A stretch of 64,000 nucleotides of DNA from contig CAVUSO010000001.1 of the NCBI GenBank assembly GCA_963744145.1, forward strand, positions 4,096,001 through 4,160,000. Reading direction: 5' to 3'. The first letter of the stretch is position 1; each line of letters starts with the position of its first letter. The notes below the pieces were generated by a model, which did not search any database, was not told the origin of the DNA, and was given only the letters and a program-made list of their open reading frames with translations. The translations under genes and the position numbers were made by a program. Shown here piece by piece: positions 1-9,427 of this stretch. The stretch comes from an uncultured cyanobacterium. GTDB taxonomy: Bacteria > Cyanobacteriota > Cyanobacteriia > Cyanobacteriales > CAWUOF01.

Positions 1-942
1 AATTAAACCTTCGATCCAAGCAGATTTTATTTCTTGATAACCAAATCTTGCTCCTAACAATGCACCAGCAACTGCTGCATTAGTGTCTGCATCTCCACCT
101 TCATGAATGATGGTGAGAATACCTTCTGTAAATGTTTTTGCATGACGCAATGCCCAAAAACCTGCTGCTAAGGTTTTGAGAGTGTAGCCATAAGTAACCT
201 TCTCGTGACTATTTAGTCCTTCATCTAAATCTAATACTGCTATTGAATCAGCTTGTGTTTTTTGGAAATAGGTGTTCATTTCTGGATGGTATTCTTCAAC
301 TTCTTTAGCGATCGCATCAACTAACTTATCTAGATCTTGTTCTCCTTGTAATAGCTGACTAATTGCTAAACAAACAGCGACACAAGATCCAATACAACGG
401 GGATCTGCATGAGTTATTCGACATACTGTTTCAGCATTAAAACGAACTTTTTCTGGTTCTAAATATTGCCAAATACCAAGGGGTGAAGTTCTCATAACTC
501 CGCCATTTGGGGCTGATTTTCTTCCCTTAGATTCCCAATATTCTTCAGATGCTAAATGGGGATTTTTGAGAAATTCTGAATGATGAATAACATTATAGAT
601 TGTTCCACCAATCCCAAAACCATCGGTTTGAGCCCAATGATGAAACCTTGCAGCAATATCATAAATATTGATAGATTGATGAGTAATTATACTGTCAAGA
701 ATACAAAGCATTTGGTCTGTATCATCTGTCCAATCTCCTGGAGACCAACGTGGATCATCAAGTTGTTCAAATTCGTTGGTAATTTTAGAAAAAAATCTTA
801 AGTCAGAATAATTGTGTAATCCATTCGGAAAGGTGAAATCAACCTCAGCACGAGATAAGAATTCAGTACCAATACCAAGTGCATCTCCTACAGCTTGACC
901 AAATAACACCCCACGAATTTTATCTATAACTATCAAATTCAT
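1..942 (-). CDS. ADP-ribosylglycohydrolase family protein (3' end runs off window start)
   Basis: Not in the ORF track; manual translation from ATG at 942: MNLIVIDKIRGVLFGQAVGDALGIGTEF..., with DWTDDTDQ, NGGVMRT, THAD and GGDADTNAAVAGALLGA motifs typical of DraG/ARH. Confidence 0.9.
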   Translation of the reverse strand, partial: MNLIVIDKIRGVLFGQAVGDALGIGTEFLSRAEVDFTFPNGLHNYSDLRFFSKITNEFEQLDDPRWSPGDWTDDTDQMLCILDSIITHQSINIYDIAARFHHWAQTDGFGIGGTIYNVIHHSEFLKNPHLASEEYWESKGRKSAPNGGVMRTSPLGIWQYLEPEKVRFNAETVCRITHADPRCIGSCVAVCLAISQLLQGEQDLDKLVDAIAKEVEEYHPEMNTYFQKTQADSIAVLDLDEGLNSHEKVTYGYTLKTLAAGFWALRHAKTFTEGILTIIHEGGDADTNAAVAGALLGARFGYQEIKSAWIEGLI

Positions 943-1044
943 AATATATTCTGTAAAGTTTACTAGATACTATATTATATGGCTAATATTCTGTCTACTA
1001 TTGAGTGCTGATCGGCTATCTATCATTTACCGGGGCAATAAATT

Positions 1045-1686
1045 ATGGCAATTTATCTTGATTCGGCGATTATATCTGAAGCTGAAGCGGTAAGTAAATT
1101 CGGTTGGGTATCGGGAATTACTACTAATCCCACACTTTTAGCCAAAAGTAATTTACCGCCAGATGCGACCCTAAAGAAACTTGCACAACTAACTGCTGGG
1201 GAGGTATACTATCAGATTATCGCCCCTAATTTTGAGGGAATGGTAGCAGAAGGAAAAGCTGCATTTCAATTAATTGGACAACAAACTGTATTGAAACTAC
1301 CAGCAACAGCGGTGGGTTTTCAAGCAGTGGCACATTTGTCACCGGATATTCCTTGTGCGGTAACTGCGATCTATAGTCCAGCACAAGCAGTGGTAGCAGC
1401 AGCAGCGGGGGCAAAATATGCAGCAGTTTATGTGAATCGGGCTACTAGAATTTTAGGAGATGGTATGGCTTTGGTACGGGATCTGGCAAGTGTTTTGAAG
1501 GGAAGTAATACGGAAATTTTAGCAGCAAGTTTGAAATCTCCAATGGAAGCGGTGGCAAGTTTACAAGCGGGTGCAAATCATTTGACACTCAATTTTGAGG
1601 TATTGCAAGCAATGGGATTCCATGAACTATCGGAGCAAACTATTGATGAATTTGCGAAAAATGGGCGGGGAATTGGTACTGTCTAG
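1045..1686 (+). CDS. Transaldolase / fructose-6-phosphate aldolase family (short type)
   Basis: YLDSA, GITTNPTL, LKLPAT and ILAASLK motifs; 213 aa. Confidence 0.9.
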   Translation: MAIYLDSAIISEAEAVSKFGWVSGITTNPTLLAKSNLPPDATLKKLAQLTAGEVYYQIIAPNFEGMVAEGKAAFQLIGQQTVLKLPATAVGFQAVAHLSPDIPCAVTAIYSPAQAVVAAAAGAKYAAVYVNRATRILGDGMALVRDLASVLKGSNTEILAASLKSPMEAVASLQAGANHLTLNFEVLQAMGFHELSEQTIDEFAKNGRGIGTV

Positions 1687-1761
1687 GATTGAGTGCGATC
1701 GCTGGCTTGTTGGGTTTGGGGAGTGCGATCGCTATTAGTAATAGATTAGAGCTTTTAGAGC

Positions 1762-3138
1762 TTACAGGTTACAAGTCTTGGCGCGAGAGAAAACTCGGTG
1801 AAACCCAATCACAAATTCCTTCAAAACAGGGAGATGACCTAGAGCAGCGGTGGTGTTAAAAGTTAGATCACTATAGTTCAACCACTTGCCTCCTTTTTTC
1901 CATCCTACTTTTTCACCAAATTTGTGTTCAATCTCTATTACAGCATTGGGATAACCACCAACATCTTTACTTTCCCATATCTGTTTTTGAACGCTGATCC
2001 CAAAATGACCATTAGAATATTTTACCCATAAGTTATCTATAGTCTGAAGGTCTTTACAAGGAAACTTTAACCAATCATCACCAGTGAGATATCCTTCTTT
2101 TTCACGATTAGCAGCTTCAAGTACAAGACGGTAAGTTTTCTTATCAGCCTCTTTCCATATCCCAGCAGCTAATAAATTAAGCAGAGGAGTGTAATCTATT
2201 TTTCTTTCACTTTCAAGAATAATTTGAGGTGTTTTAGGTAATGACTTAGGATTAAGTTCTTGCAATACTTCACTAGTAGACTGATAGCGATCGTCTAAAG
2301 GAATCGATATCATTTTATCTAAAATAATACTCAAATCACTGCTCACATTAGCATATTGCTGCCATACCCATTTCATCTTATAAAAATCAAACAACTTGTC
2401 TATATTATTACCATTTTCTTCTTCTAATAAACAACCCGTTAAAAGCCGAATACAAGTAACACCTAAACCATATAAATCACTAGCAGGAAAAGTCTGTCCC
2501 TGTAATTGTTCTGGAGCTGCATAACCAGGAGTACCAACCGTTGTACCTATTTTGGTCATTACAGTACCGCTTAATTGTTTCGATACTCCAAAGTCAATCA
2601 GCATCAAACGATTATTAACATCTCTAATAATGTTCTCTGGTTTAATATCTCTATGGATTACATTCTTTTGATGCACAAACTCTAAAACAGGTAAAAGTTG
2701 ATTTAATAAATCTCTAATCTTTTCCTCATTAAATTTTCCGTTCTGTTTTAGTTCTTCTAATAAATCTTTTCCATCAATAAATTCTTGAACTAAATATAGC
2801 CGTCCATCTTGTTCAAGGAATGCTAATAAGTCAGGTATTTGAGGATGTTTACCTAAGTCTCTTAATCGGATAGCTTCTTGTTTAAATAATTCTGTAGCTT
2901 TTTGTAATGCTCCACTACCTTGTAACTGAGGTAAAAATTGCTTAATCACACAGAATGTATCTAATCGTTGTTCATCTATTGCTTTGAATGTTTTACCAAA
3001 ACCGCCCTCTCCAAGAAATTCTACTGCTCGATAGCGATGCGAGAGTAATAACTTATTTCCACAAGATTGACAGAATTTCCAATCAGGTGGATTGTTAATA
3101 TTATTGCATTCAGGAGTTAGACATAAACATTGATTCAT
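1762..3138 (-). CDS. Ser/Thr protein kinase with N-terminal Cys4 motif and C-terminal GUN4-like domain
   Basis: GEGGFG, HRDIKPEN, DFG and APE motifs; C-terminal WKEADKKT...IDNLWVKYSNGHFGISVQKQIW...GHLP. Confidence 0.92.
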   Translation of the reverse strand: MNQCLCLTPECNNINNPPDWKFCQSCGNKLLLSHRYRAVEFLGEGGFGKTFKAIDEQRLDTFCVIKQFLPQLQGSGALQKATELFKQEAIRLRDLGKHPQIPDLLAFLEQDGRLYLVQEFIDGKDLLEELKQNGKFNEEKIRDLLNQLLPVLEFVHQKNVIHRDIKPENIIRDVNNRLMLIDFGVSKQLSGTVMTKIGTTVGTPGYAAPEQLQGQTFPASDLYGLGVTCIRLLTGCLLEEENGNNIDKLFDFYKMKWVWQQYANVSSDLSIILDKMISIPLDDRYQSTSEVLQELNPKSLPKTPQIILESERKIDYTPLLNLLAAGIWKEADKKTYRLVLEAANREKEGYLTGDDWLKFPCKDLQTIDNLWVKYSNGHFGISVQKQIWESKDVGGYPNAVIEIEHKFGEKVGWKKGGKWLNYSDLTFNTTAALGHLPVLKEFVIGFHRVFSRAKTCNL

Positions 3139-3423
3139 ATCTAATTGCCCTTTTTATTATTCAACGGTTTTACGGGCTCAGTCATGACTTTTTTGGGCAT
3201 TGTGGGTATTTCACAAAACTCGCGTACTCATTCTAATGTATAACCGGGCAAACGTCTAGTAGCCATTATTTGGCCAAGTTTGTGAAAGTCCAACCCAAAC
3301 CAGGAACCATCTGGGAATACCTTTGGGTCTTTGGTATCATAACTAGGTCTTGTGAGTGCGATCGCTTATTTTAACAAAAGACCAGCTATATAATGGTTGA
3401 GTAATCAACTACTGGTAAAGTTT

Positions 3424-4404
3424 ATGGGAATCTTTGATAGGGTTGCTCAAATTGTTAGAGCAGAAGTAAACAGTCAAAAACTTAATTACGATCACCAGAA
3501 ATTTGTGGGACTTGGGTTAACAACAACTGGCGCTATAGTTGGGGGCAATCTGGGTAAAGCTGGAATTCTAGCAGCAGGTAAAGGTTTTAGTGTCGGTAGT
3601 TTTGGTTTAGCAGGTGCAGGTGCTTTAACTGGTTTAGCTATTTATGAAGCAATATTAATGATCACTCAAAATGATACTTCCTCATTACCAGCGGGTATAG
3701 CAGGTGCTACAGTAGGAGTAGGAATATCAGCCAGTATTGGGAAAATAGGTGTTAGTCTTGCGGGTACTACTTTTGGAGCAGGTTTACCTCATTTAGCTGT
3801 AGCAGGTGCGATCACTGGATTAGGTTTAGCGGGTTTAAATCGATTGTTATTTGAGGGGGAAACTTTAGAAACAACCCTGGAATTAGCAATTGCAGATATG
3901 GAAGAGCAGGTATTACTTTTACAGAAAGCGGTTAAGAATGCTTTTGCCGCTCAATCAGGAGCTGAAAAGATAGCTCAAAAAGATTATAATCATGCTTGTT
4001 CTGAATTAGAAAAATGGAAAAATAGGACTAAACTGGCTTTACAATCTGGTAATCAAGAATTAGCCAGTGAAGCAGAGTTTCAATGGAGACGTTATGACGC
4101 GATTGTTTCCAGGTTAACGCCTTTAATGAATCAACCAGCCAATCCAATATTGGCAGATTTAAAGGCAAAATTAGGTATTTTAGAAGGAAAATTAAGGGAA
4201 GCTAAGACACAGAAAAGTTCTCTTTTATTAGCGATCGCTCAATCTCACTCTAAATATAAATATGAAAAAGAGCTAGTTGATACCTTCGTTAATGATTTTT
4301 ATTTGGATGAACCAGTAACTAGATTAAATAGTTTAGGTTTAGAAAATTCCGAAAAGCAAGTAACAGATATTGAACAACGGTTAATTGAGTTAGAAACTGA
4401 GTGA
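3424..4404 (+). CDS. PspA/Vipp1 (IM30) family protein with a long Gly-rich hydrophobic insertion; probably extends to 4539
   Basis: MGIFDRVAQIVRAEVN N-terminal helix; LELAIADMEEQ...KWKNRTKLALQSGNQELASEA coiled coil; ATG at 3424 preferred over the TTG at 3397. Confidence 0.7.
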   Translation: MGIFDRVAQIVRAEVNSQKLNYDHQKFVGLGLTTTGAIVGGNLGKAGILAAGKGFSVGSFGLAGAGALTGLAIYEAILMITQNDTSSLPAGIAGATVGVGISASIGKIGVSLAGTTFGAGLPHLAVAGAITGLGLAGLNRLLFEGETLETTLELAIADMEEQVLLLQKAVKNAFAAQSGAEKIAQKDYNHACSELEKWKNRTKLALQSGNQELASEAEFQWRRYDAIVSRLTPLMNQPANPILADLKAKLGILEGKLREAKTQKSSLLLAIAQSHSKYKYEKELVDTFVNDFYLDEPVTRLNSLGLENSEKQVTDIEQRLIELETE

Positions 4405-4701
4405 TCGAATGAGAATAGTCCCATTAATAAAAAATTAAGTGAGCTAGAGTCTCAGTTATCAAATAATAATCAAGAGCGATCGCCCGATCTAGATTTGATT
4501 AATATTAAATTAGCTGAGTTAGAGTCCCAATTATTATGATTCTTTTGGTTGTGTTTTGTTTCGGGAAGTGAAGGGCGATCGCTTCTAGATTTTGAGAATG
4601 AAATGCGATCGCCCTTAATCCCCTACTCTAATTAATGTTGGTCAGAGGTGAGCGCGATCGCCGAAACCTAGCTCAAAAAATATTTGGGAGGATGACTAAT
4701 T

Positions 4702-4926
4702 TCATTGCTGATGGAACGGAGCTAAATTTGAGCTATCATGATTCTTCGGGTCGCAGTTATATACATTCCCTTGATCATCATGACATGTATTTTCATTCAG
4801 TGATATATTTAATTTCACATTTGAGTCTTTTTGAAGTGCGATCGCTGAAGCTGAATTGGCATTCATCAACACAATTATACCCATAAAAAGCGAAAGGATT
4901 GGGGATATTATCAGAATCAATTTCAT
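4702..4926 (-). CDS. Small putative secreted protein with two Cys
   Basis: Hydrophobic N-terminus and A-x-A signal-like site; 74 aa. Confidence 0.5.
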   Translation of the reverse strand: MKLILIISPILSLFMGIIVLMNANSASAIALQKDSNVKLNISLNENTCHDDQGNVYNCDPKNHDSSNLAPFHQQ

Positions 4927-5286
4927 AAGTTATTTCCTAGTTAGTAAATCAATTTTTAGCCTTCTTAATTAACTATTAGGAAAAATCTGGAATAATATGC
5001 ACCAGTCAGAAAAATTTTCCCAATCATAATTGCTATCCCCAGAAAATAATCGGCAAATCATTATGTGAAAAAAGTCTGGAATAGATCACAGACTATTTGC
5101 TGCTGATTACAGCTTCCGAAGAGTGACAAGCACTCAATATTGTCAAACCAACTAAATAGACTAGGTAGTAACAGTCCAATGTTGGTCTAATATATAATTG
5201 TTAAAAGTTTAAGTTTTTATGCAAAAATGCTAAATTTTTGATCTAAAATTAGAATAGTAACACACTTGCACCAAAACCCTACTATT

Positions 5287-5667
5287 ATGAACCAGCATAG
5301 CTCGAAAATTTTTCGTTTCCAACTTCCTAGTGTCGGTAGTTTGCTCACCCTAATAGTAGTGATTTGGTTGGTGTGGTCGATTGGGTTAAACGGAATTATT
5401 AATTCGTTCTTAATCCTGATGGGACTATCAATTATTGCCCCAGTGCTAATTTGGTGGGGGTTCCGGTGGTGGTTAAGTCGTAATCTGATTGAATCACAGT
5501 GTCCCGTCTGTGCTTACGAATTTAGAGCTTTCAACCATACTCAATCCCAATGTCCCAATTGTGGGGAACCAATTCAAATTGAAAATGGTCAATTTCAACG
5601 CTTAACCCCACCTGGAACGATCGATGTCCAAGCAATTGACGTATCCACTAAACAAATTCACGATTAG
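5287..5667 (+). CDS. Membrane protein with CxxC...CxxC zinc ribbon (cyanobacterial hypothetical)
   Basis: Two TM segments, CPVC/CPNC, C-terminal PPGTIDVQA; ATG at 5287 more likely than the TTG at 5266. Confidence 0.75.
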   Translation: MNQHSSKIFRFQLPSVGSLLTLIVVIWLVWSIGLNGIINSFLILMGLSIIAPVLIWWGFRWWLSRNLIESQCPVCAYEFRAFNHTQSQCPNCGEPIQIENGQFQRLTPPGTIDVQAIDVSTKQIHD

Positions 5668-6125
5668 TTGGACTTTTGGGAAATCGAAAGGGTAAAAGGA
5701 TGTTGACCTTGGCGATCGCCAATATATATGGAATAAGTACCTTGATCTCCATAACCAGGAAATTCGATTTTTCCCCCAGAACCATCTTCAAGAATACAGA
5801 AGCGACCTTTTGGCCCTTCAATTAACAGGGTAACATTGGCTTTACTTTGAACAGTAAACCGCAAAAAGGAGATATTCTTGGTGACTTCTAAAACTTGATT
5901 GGGTGTTTTAGCAATAAATCCACAGTCATCAGTGGGGACAGTTCCCCCAGAATTACCTGTAATAGTAATTGGGTCGGGCTGAAAATTGGGGGCAATGGTC
6001 AGCGTGTCACTAAGAGCTAAACTAGAAGTAGCTAAAATTATCCCGAAAACTGTAGGCACACTGATCCAATGAATACCTAGTTGCATATTGGTTATTCCTG
6101 TCCTGGAAGTTGCAGGACTAAACAA
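5664..6125 (-). CDS. Hypothetical secreted protein (PPC-like beta domain); start may lie further downstream
   Basis: Signal-like segment, CGFI, LLIEGPKGRFC, GTYSIYIGD. Confidence 0.65.
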   Translation of the reverse strand: MFSPATSRTGITNMQLGIHWISVPTVFGIILATSSLALSDTLTIAPNFQPDPITITGNSGGTVPTDDCGFIAKTPNQVLEVTKNISFLRFTVQSKANVTLLIEGPKGRFCILEDGSGGKIEFPGYGDQGTYSIYIGDRQGQHPFTLSISQKSN

Positions 6126-6259
6126 TTAGATCTATATATATTTAGACGATCATAGTCTGGGGAGGTTCCGGAGTAACTCAAAAATATTAATGCTATCAAT
6201 ACATATAATAGGAATCAAATCCGATTTTGTCGATCAATTACTAGAGAGATCAAGGTAAT

Positions 6260-6592
6260 ATGAATTCTCAAGAACCTCCAAACTGGGAACGCAAACTCCA
6301 AGAATTAGAAGCAGAATTAAGTAAAAGTCAGACTGCTTTTAATCCGGAAGAAAGACCGATTACAGTGAATATATCGCAACTGTTCCAAATGTTAGTTTAT
6401 CAAGCCTTACACTGGTTTAATGGACTGGCTCAAGTTGGCAAAATTGTCACCATAGTTGGAGTCGGAATTGTGGCTCTTGCTGTTTTACAAGCAGTAGTCC
6501 AGTTAGTATCTCTATTGATGACCTTATTGGTGTTAGGTGGTTTGGGTTTTGTTGGTTATAAGTTTTTCCAACAAAGTAAAAGTAATAGTTAA
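6260..6592 (+). CDS. Hypothetical membrane protein
   Basis: N-terminal coiled coil WERKLQELEAEL plus two TM helices. Confidence 0.7.
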   Translation: MNSQEPPNWERKLQELEAELSKSQTAFNPEERPITVNISQLFQMLVYQALHWFNGLAQVGKIVTIVGVGIVALAVLQAVVQLVSLLMTLLVLGGLGFVGYKFFQQSKSNS

Positions 6593-6595
6593 TGA

Positions 6596-7366
6596 CTAAG
6601 GACGACGGTGAACTAGAGTAGCATTAGCTTGATCGACTGGAACCAGCATAACTTCACTGATATTAACATGAGCTGGGCGAGTCACACAGAAAAACACCAC
6701 ATCAGCAACATCAGCTGGGGTGAGCGGAGTGAGATTTTGATAAACTCGATCAGCGCGATCGCGATCTCCATGAAACCGAACCAGACTAAATTCAGTTTCT
6801 ACTAAACCTGGTTGTACTTCTGTTACTCGGACCGGAGTTCCTAACAAATCTTGTTTCAAACCTTCAGAAATTGCCCTAACCGCTGCTTTAGATGCACAAT
6901 AAACATTACCACCTGGATAAGTTTGACGACCAGCGATCGAACCAAGATTAACGATATGTCCTCTCCCACGTTGAATCATTCCGGGTAGGAGAGTTCTAGT
7001 TACATATAATAAACCTTTGAGATTGGTATCAATCATTTCTTCCCAATCTTGAATATTACCTGTCTGGAGTTGATCTAAACCTCGACTTAATCCAGCATTA
7101 TTAATTAAAATATCGATCGCAGCCCAATCAGTTGGTAAATTAGATAAAACAGATTCTACTTGATGGCGATCGCCTACATCAAAGGATAATAAACGAATTT
7201 GACTAGCAAACTCTTTAGTTAATTGATCTGCAAGTTGTTCGAGTCGATCTAAACGTCTTGCTGTCAAAATTAATTTCGCCCCAGCTTGAGCAAAAACTTG
7301 GGCACAAGCTGCACCAATTCCGCTACTAGCACCAGTAATTAAAACTATTTGTTGAGAAATCATCAT
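6596..7366 (-). CDS. SDR family NAD(P)-dependent oxidoreductase (YdfG-like)
   Basis: TGASSGIG, NNAG, YCASK motifs; start placed at MMISQQ because the upstream extension overlaps a REP-like hairpin. Confidence 0.92.
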   Translation of the reverse strand: MMISQQIVLITGASSGIGAACAQVFAQAGAKLILTARRLDRLEQLADQLTKEFASQIRLLSFDVGDRHQVESVLSNLPTDWAAIDILINNAGLSRGLDQLQTGNIQDWEEMIDTNLKGLLYVTRTLLPGMIQRGRGHIVNLGSIAGRQTYPGGNVYCASKAAVRAISEGLKQDLLGTPVRVTEVQPGLVETEFSLVRFHGDRDRADRVYQNLTPLTPADVADVVFFCVTRPAHVNISEVMLVPVDQANATLVHRRP

Positions 7367-7378
7367 TTTCTTGATTAA

Positions 7379-7402
7379 AGGGCGTATCACCTACGCCCCT
7401 AT
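7379..7402. repeat. REP-like hairpin (GGGCGTA...TACGCCC family)
   Basis: agggcgta-tcacc-tacgcccctat; related copies at 16404, 16780 and 43957. Confidence 0.65.
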
Positions 7403-7410
7403 TAATTGAT

Positions 7411-8322
7411 TTAATTAGTACCACTCACAACCCGTAGCCGTTGAGTAACGGCAATCATCCCACCATTACGAACTATAATCGCAGAAAGCCATTGATTATT
7501 GGCTTGATTAGGAGCATGACCAACCTTGAAAATGCCCCCTGCTGGTAAGGTTTGGAGGTCAAAGGAAGTTGGCTTCAAATAGGTACTTAAATTAATTGGT
7601 TCCTCAAGAGTAGTGCCAATCAACAAATCATTTCCTAAAGGTTCTTGCACAATTGCATCAAACTCATAAGTCTGTCCAGGTTTAACCTGGTCTGGTAAAC
7701 GAAAATCAACAGTTGGTGGTTTTTCACCCGCAGTTAATTGAGTACGTTCTGCGAGAATATCCTGATGCACAATCTGCTGATTTTCGATCCTTTGACGAGA
7801 GCGGATGGTTGATTCAAGACGAAAGTTTTTACTATCTACAGTTTTGTTGCCATTAATATTGGTAACAGTCTCAGCGGTAATTCCCTGACCATCAGTTTGC
7901 CAAGATGTAATTGCTGTGGTGTATTTTAGCTGGGGATAACCTTGCCAGAGTTGGGTCAAAGCTTGTTGCAAATTTGGACGGTTTAAACCATCAGAATTAG
8001 TAAAATTGGGACTATAAAACTGGATAATTCCCTGAATATCTTGGTGATTTGCTGCCGAATCAATACTAGACAAGAGACTTGTTAATTCGGGAGGTGCATC
8101 ATTAGCACTTTGTGCCCAGACATCTAATCGAGGGAGTGCCATTATTCCCCAAAGTGCTAAACCTAAGACCAACGGTGTGAAAACCTTGGTCTGGAATCGG
8201 GAAAAAATGGATGAGCAAAATCGCTGATACTTAGACATAGAAGAAAAATGTTTGCCAATATCTATACAATGATAGCTGAGAGAATTGAACACCAGATAGC
8301 TGTCGAGGAACCGGAATTTCAA
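7411..8322 (-). CDS. NTF2-like fold secreted hypothetical protein (true start likely downstream)
   Basis: Signal-like segment then IDSAANHQDIQGIIQFYSPNFTNSDG. Confidence 0.7.
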   Translation of the reverse strand: MKFRFLDSYLVFNSLSYHCIDIGKHFSSMSKYQRFCSSIFSRFQTKVFTPLVLGLALWGIMALPRLDVWAQSANDAPPELTSLLSSIDSAANHQDIQGIIQFYSPNFTNSDGLNRPNLQQALTQLWQGYPQLKYTTAITSWQTDGQGITAETVTNINGNKTVDSKNFRLESTIRSRQRIENQQIVHQDILAERTQLTAGEKPPTVDFRLPDQVKPGQTYEFDAIVQEPLGNDLLIGTTLEEPINLSTYLKPTSFDLQTLPAGGIFKVGHAPNQANNQWLSAIIVRNGGMIAVTQRLRVVSGTN

Positions 8323-8368
8323 GTCTGCTAGCTGAACTCGTCCAGAAGAAATAGGAGAGATAACAGGA

Positions 8369-9424
8369 GTGGTCAGATTACTAATTGCTGCGAGTGGGAC
8401 AGGGGGACATATATTTCCCGCGATCGCGCTAGCTCAACAACTAAATAATGATCAGATCGAATGGTTAGGTGTCCCCGATCGACTGGAAACCCAGTTACTC
8501 ACTCAATATCCCTATCCTCTTCATACTATCTCAGCTAGTGGATTTCAGCAGCGTTTTGGCTTAAACACCCTCAAAATCCTCTTGCGTCTGCTCACCTCAA
8601 TTCAGACTACTCGACAATTACTCAAACAAAAAGAATTTTCTGGAGTTTTCACCACAGGGGGTTATATTGCAGCACCAGCAATTATTGCAGCTCGGTCTTT
8701 AGGATTACCAGTTATTCTCCATGAATCTAACGCTTTACCAGGTAAAGTAACTCGCTGGTTAAGTCCTTTATGTACTACTGTGGCTTTAGGATTTGCTAGT
8801 GCGGCTAAGTATCTACCCCGAGCTAAAACAATTTATGTTGGTACTCCCGTCCGGACTGATTTTCTCCAAGATGCCAAAATTGACTTACCAATTCCGGACA
8901 ATGTGCCTCTAATTGTAGTTGCAGGGGGATCTCAGGGAGCAGTAGCAATTAATAAGTTAATACGTCAGTGCGCTCCTCAATGGTTTACCGCAGGAATTTG
9001 GATTGTCCATCAAACGGGAGATCATGATCCAGAAGCAGATAATCTACAACATCCCCAATATTTTGCGCTGCCTTTTTCTAATAATATGGCAGGACTATTT
9101 AAGCGAGCAAATTTAGTGATTAGTCGTGCTGGTGCTGGGACTCTAACTGAATTAGCAATCACTAAAACACCGTCAATTCTAATTCCTTATCCTTATGCAG
9201 CTGAAGATCATCAAGCTTTTAATGGAGCAGTTTTTAGTGATATTGGAGCAGCTTTAGTATTCCGTCAAGCAGAATTAACTCCCGAATTATTAACCAGTAA
9301 GGTATTAGATTTATTTTCTCAACCTGAAATTCTCTCCCAAATGGCTGAAAAAGCAGCATCTTTAGCAGTCCCCGATAGTGCCACACAGTTAGCTAAGTTA
9401 GTGCAGCAATTGATGATCAGTTAA
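8369..9424 (+). CDS. murG: Undecaprenyl-PP-MurNAc-pentapeptide GlcNAc transferase
   Basis: SGTGGHIFPA, GGY, HESNALPG, GGSQGA, SRAGAGT and DHQAFN motifs. Confidence 0.96.
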   Translation: MVRLLIAASGTGGHIFPAIALAQQLNNDQIEWLGVPDRLETQLLTQYPYPLHTISASGFQQRFGLNTLKILLRLLTSIQTTRQLLKQKEFSGVFTTGGYIAAPAIIAARSLGLPVILHESNALPGKVTRWLSPLCTTVALGFASAAKYLPRAKTIYVGTPVRTDFLQDAKIDLPIPDNVPLIVVAGGSQGAVAINKLIRQCAPQWFTAGIWIVHQTGDHDPEADNLQHPQYFALPFSNNMAGLFKRANLVISRAGAGTLTELAITKTPSILIPYPYAAEDHQAFNGAVFSDIGAALVFRQAELTPELLTSKVLDLFSQPEILSQMAEKAASLAVPDSATQLAKLVQQLMIS

Positions 9425-9427
9425 ATT

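Noticed and set aside
580..801. 73-aa + strand ORF
   Set aside because: Antisense to the ADP-ribosylglycohydrolase gene
1762..1850. Possible diversity-generating retroelement variable region at the GUN4 C-terminus
   Set aside because: No reverse transcriptase or template repeat seen in the window
4635..4886. 83-aa + strand ORF
   Set aside because: Overlaps a more plausible signal-peptide ORF on the minus strand and starts within a HIP1 cluster
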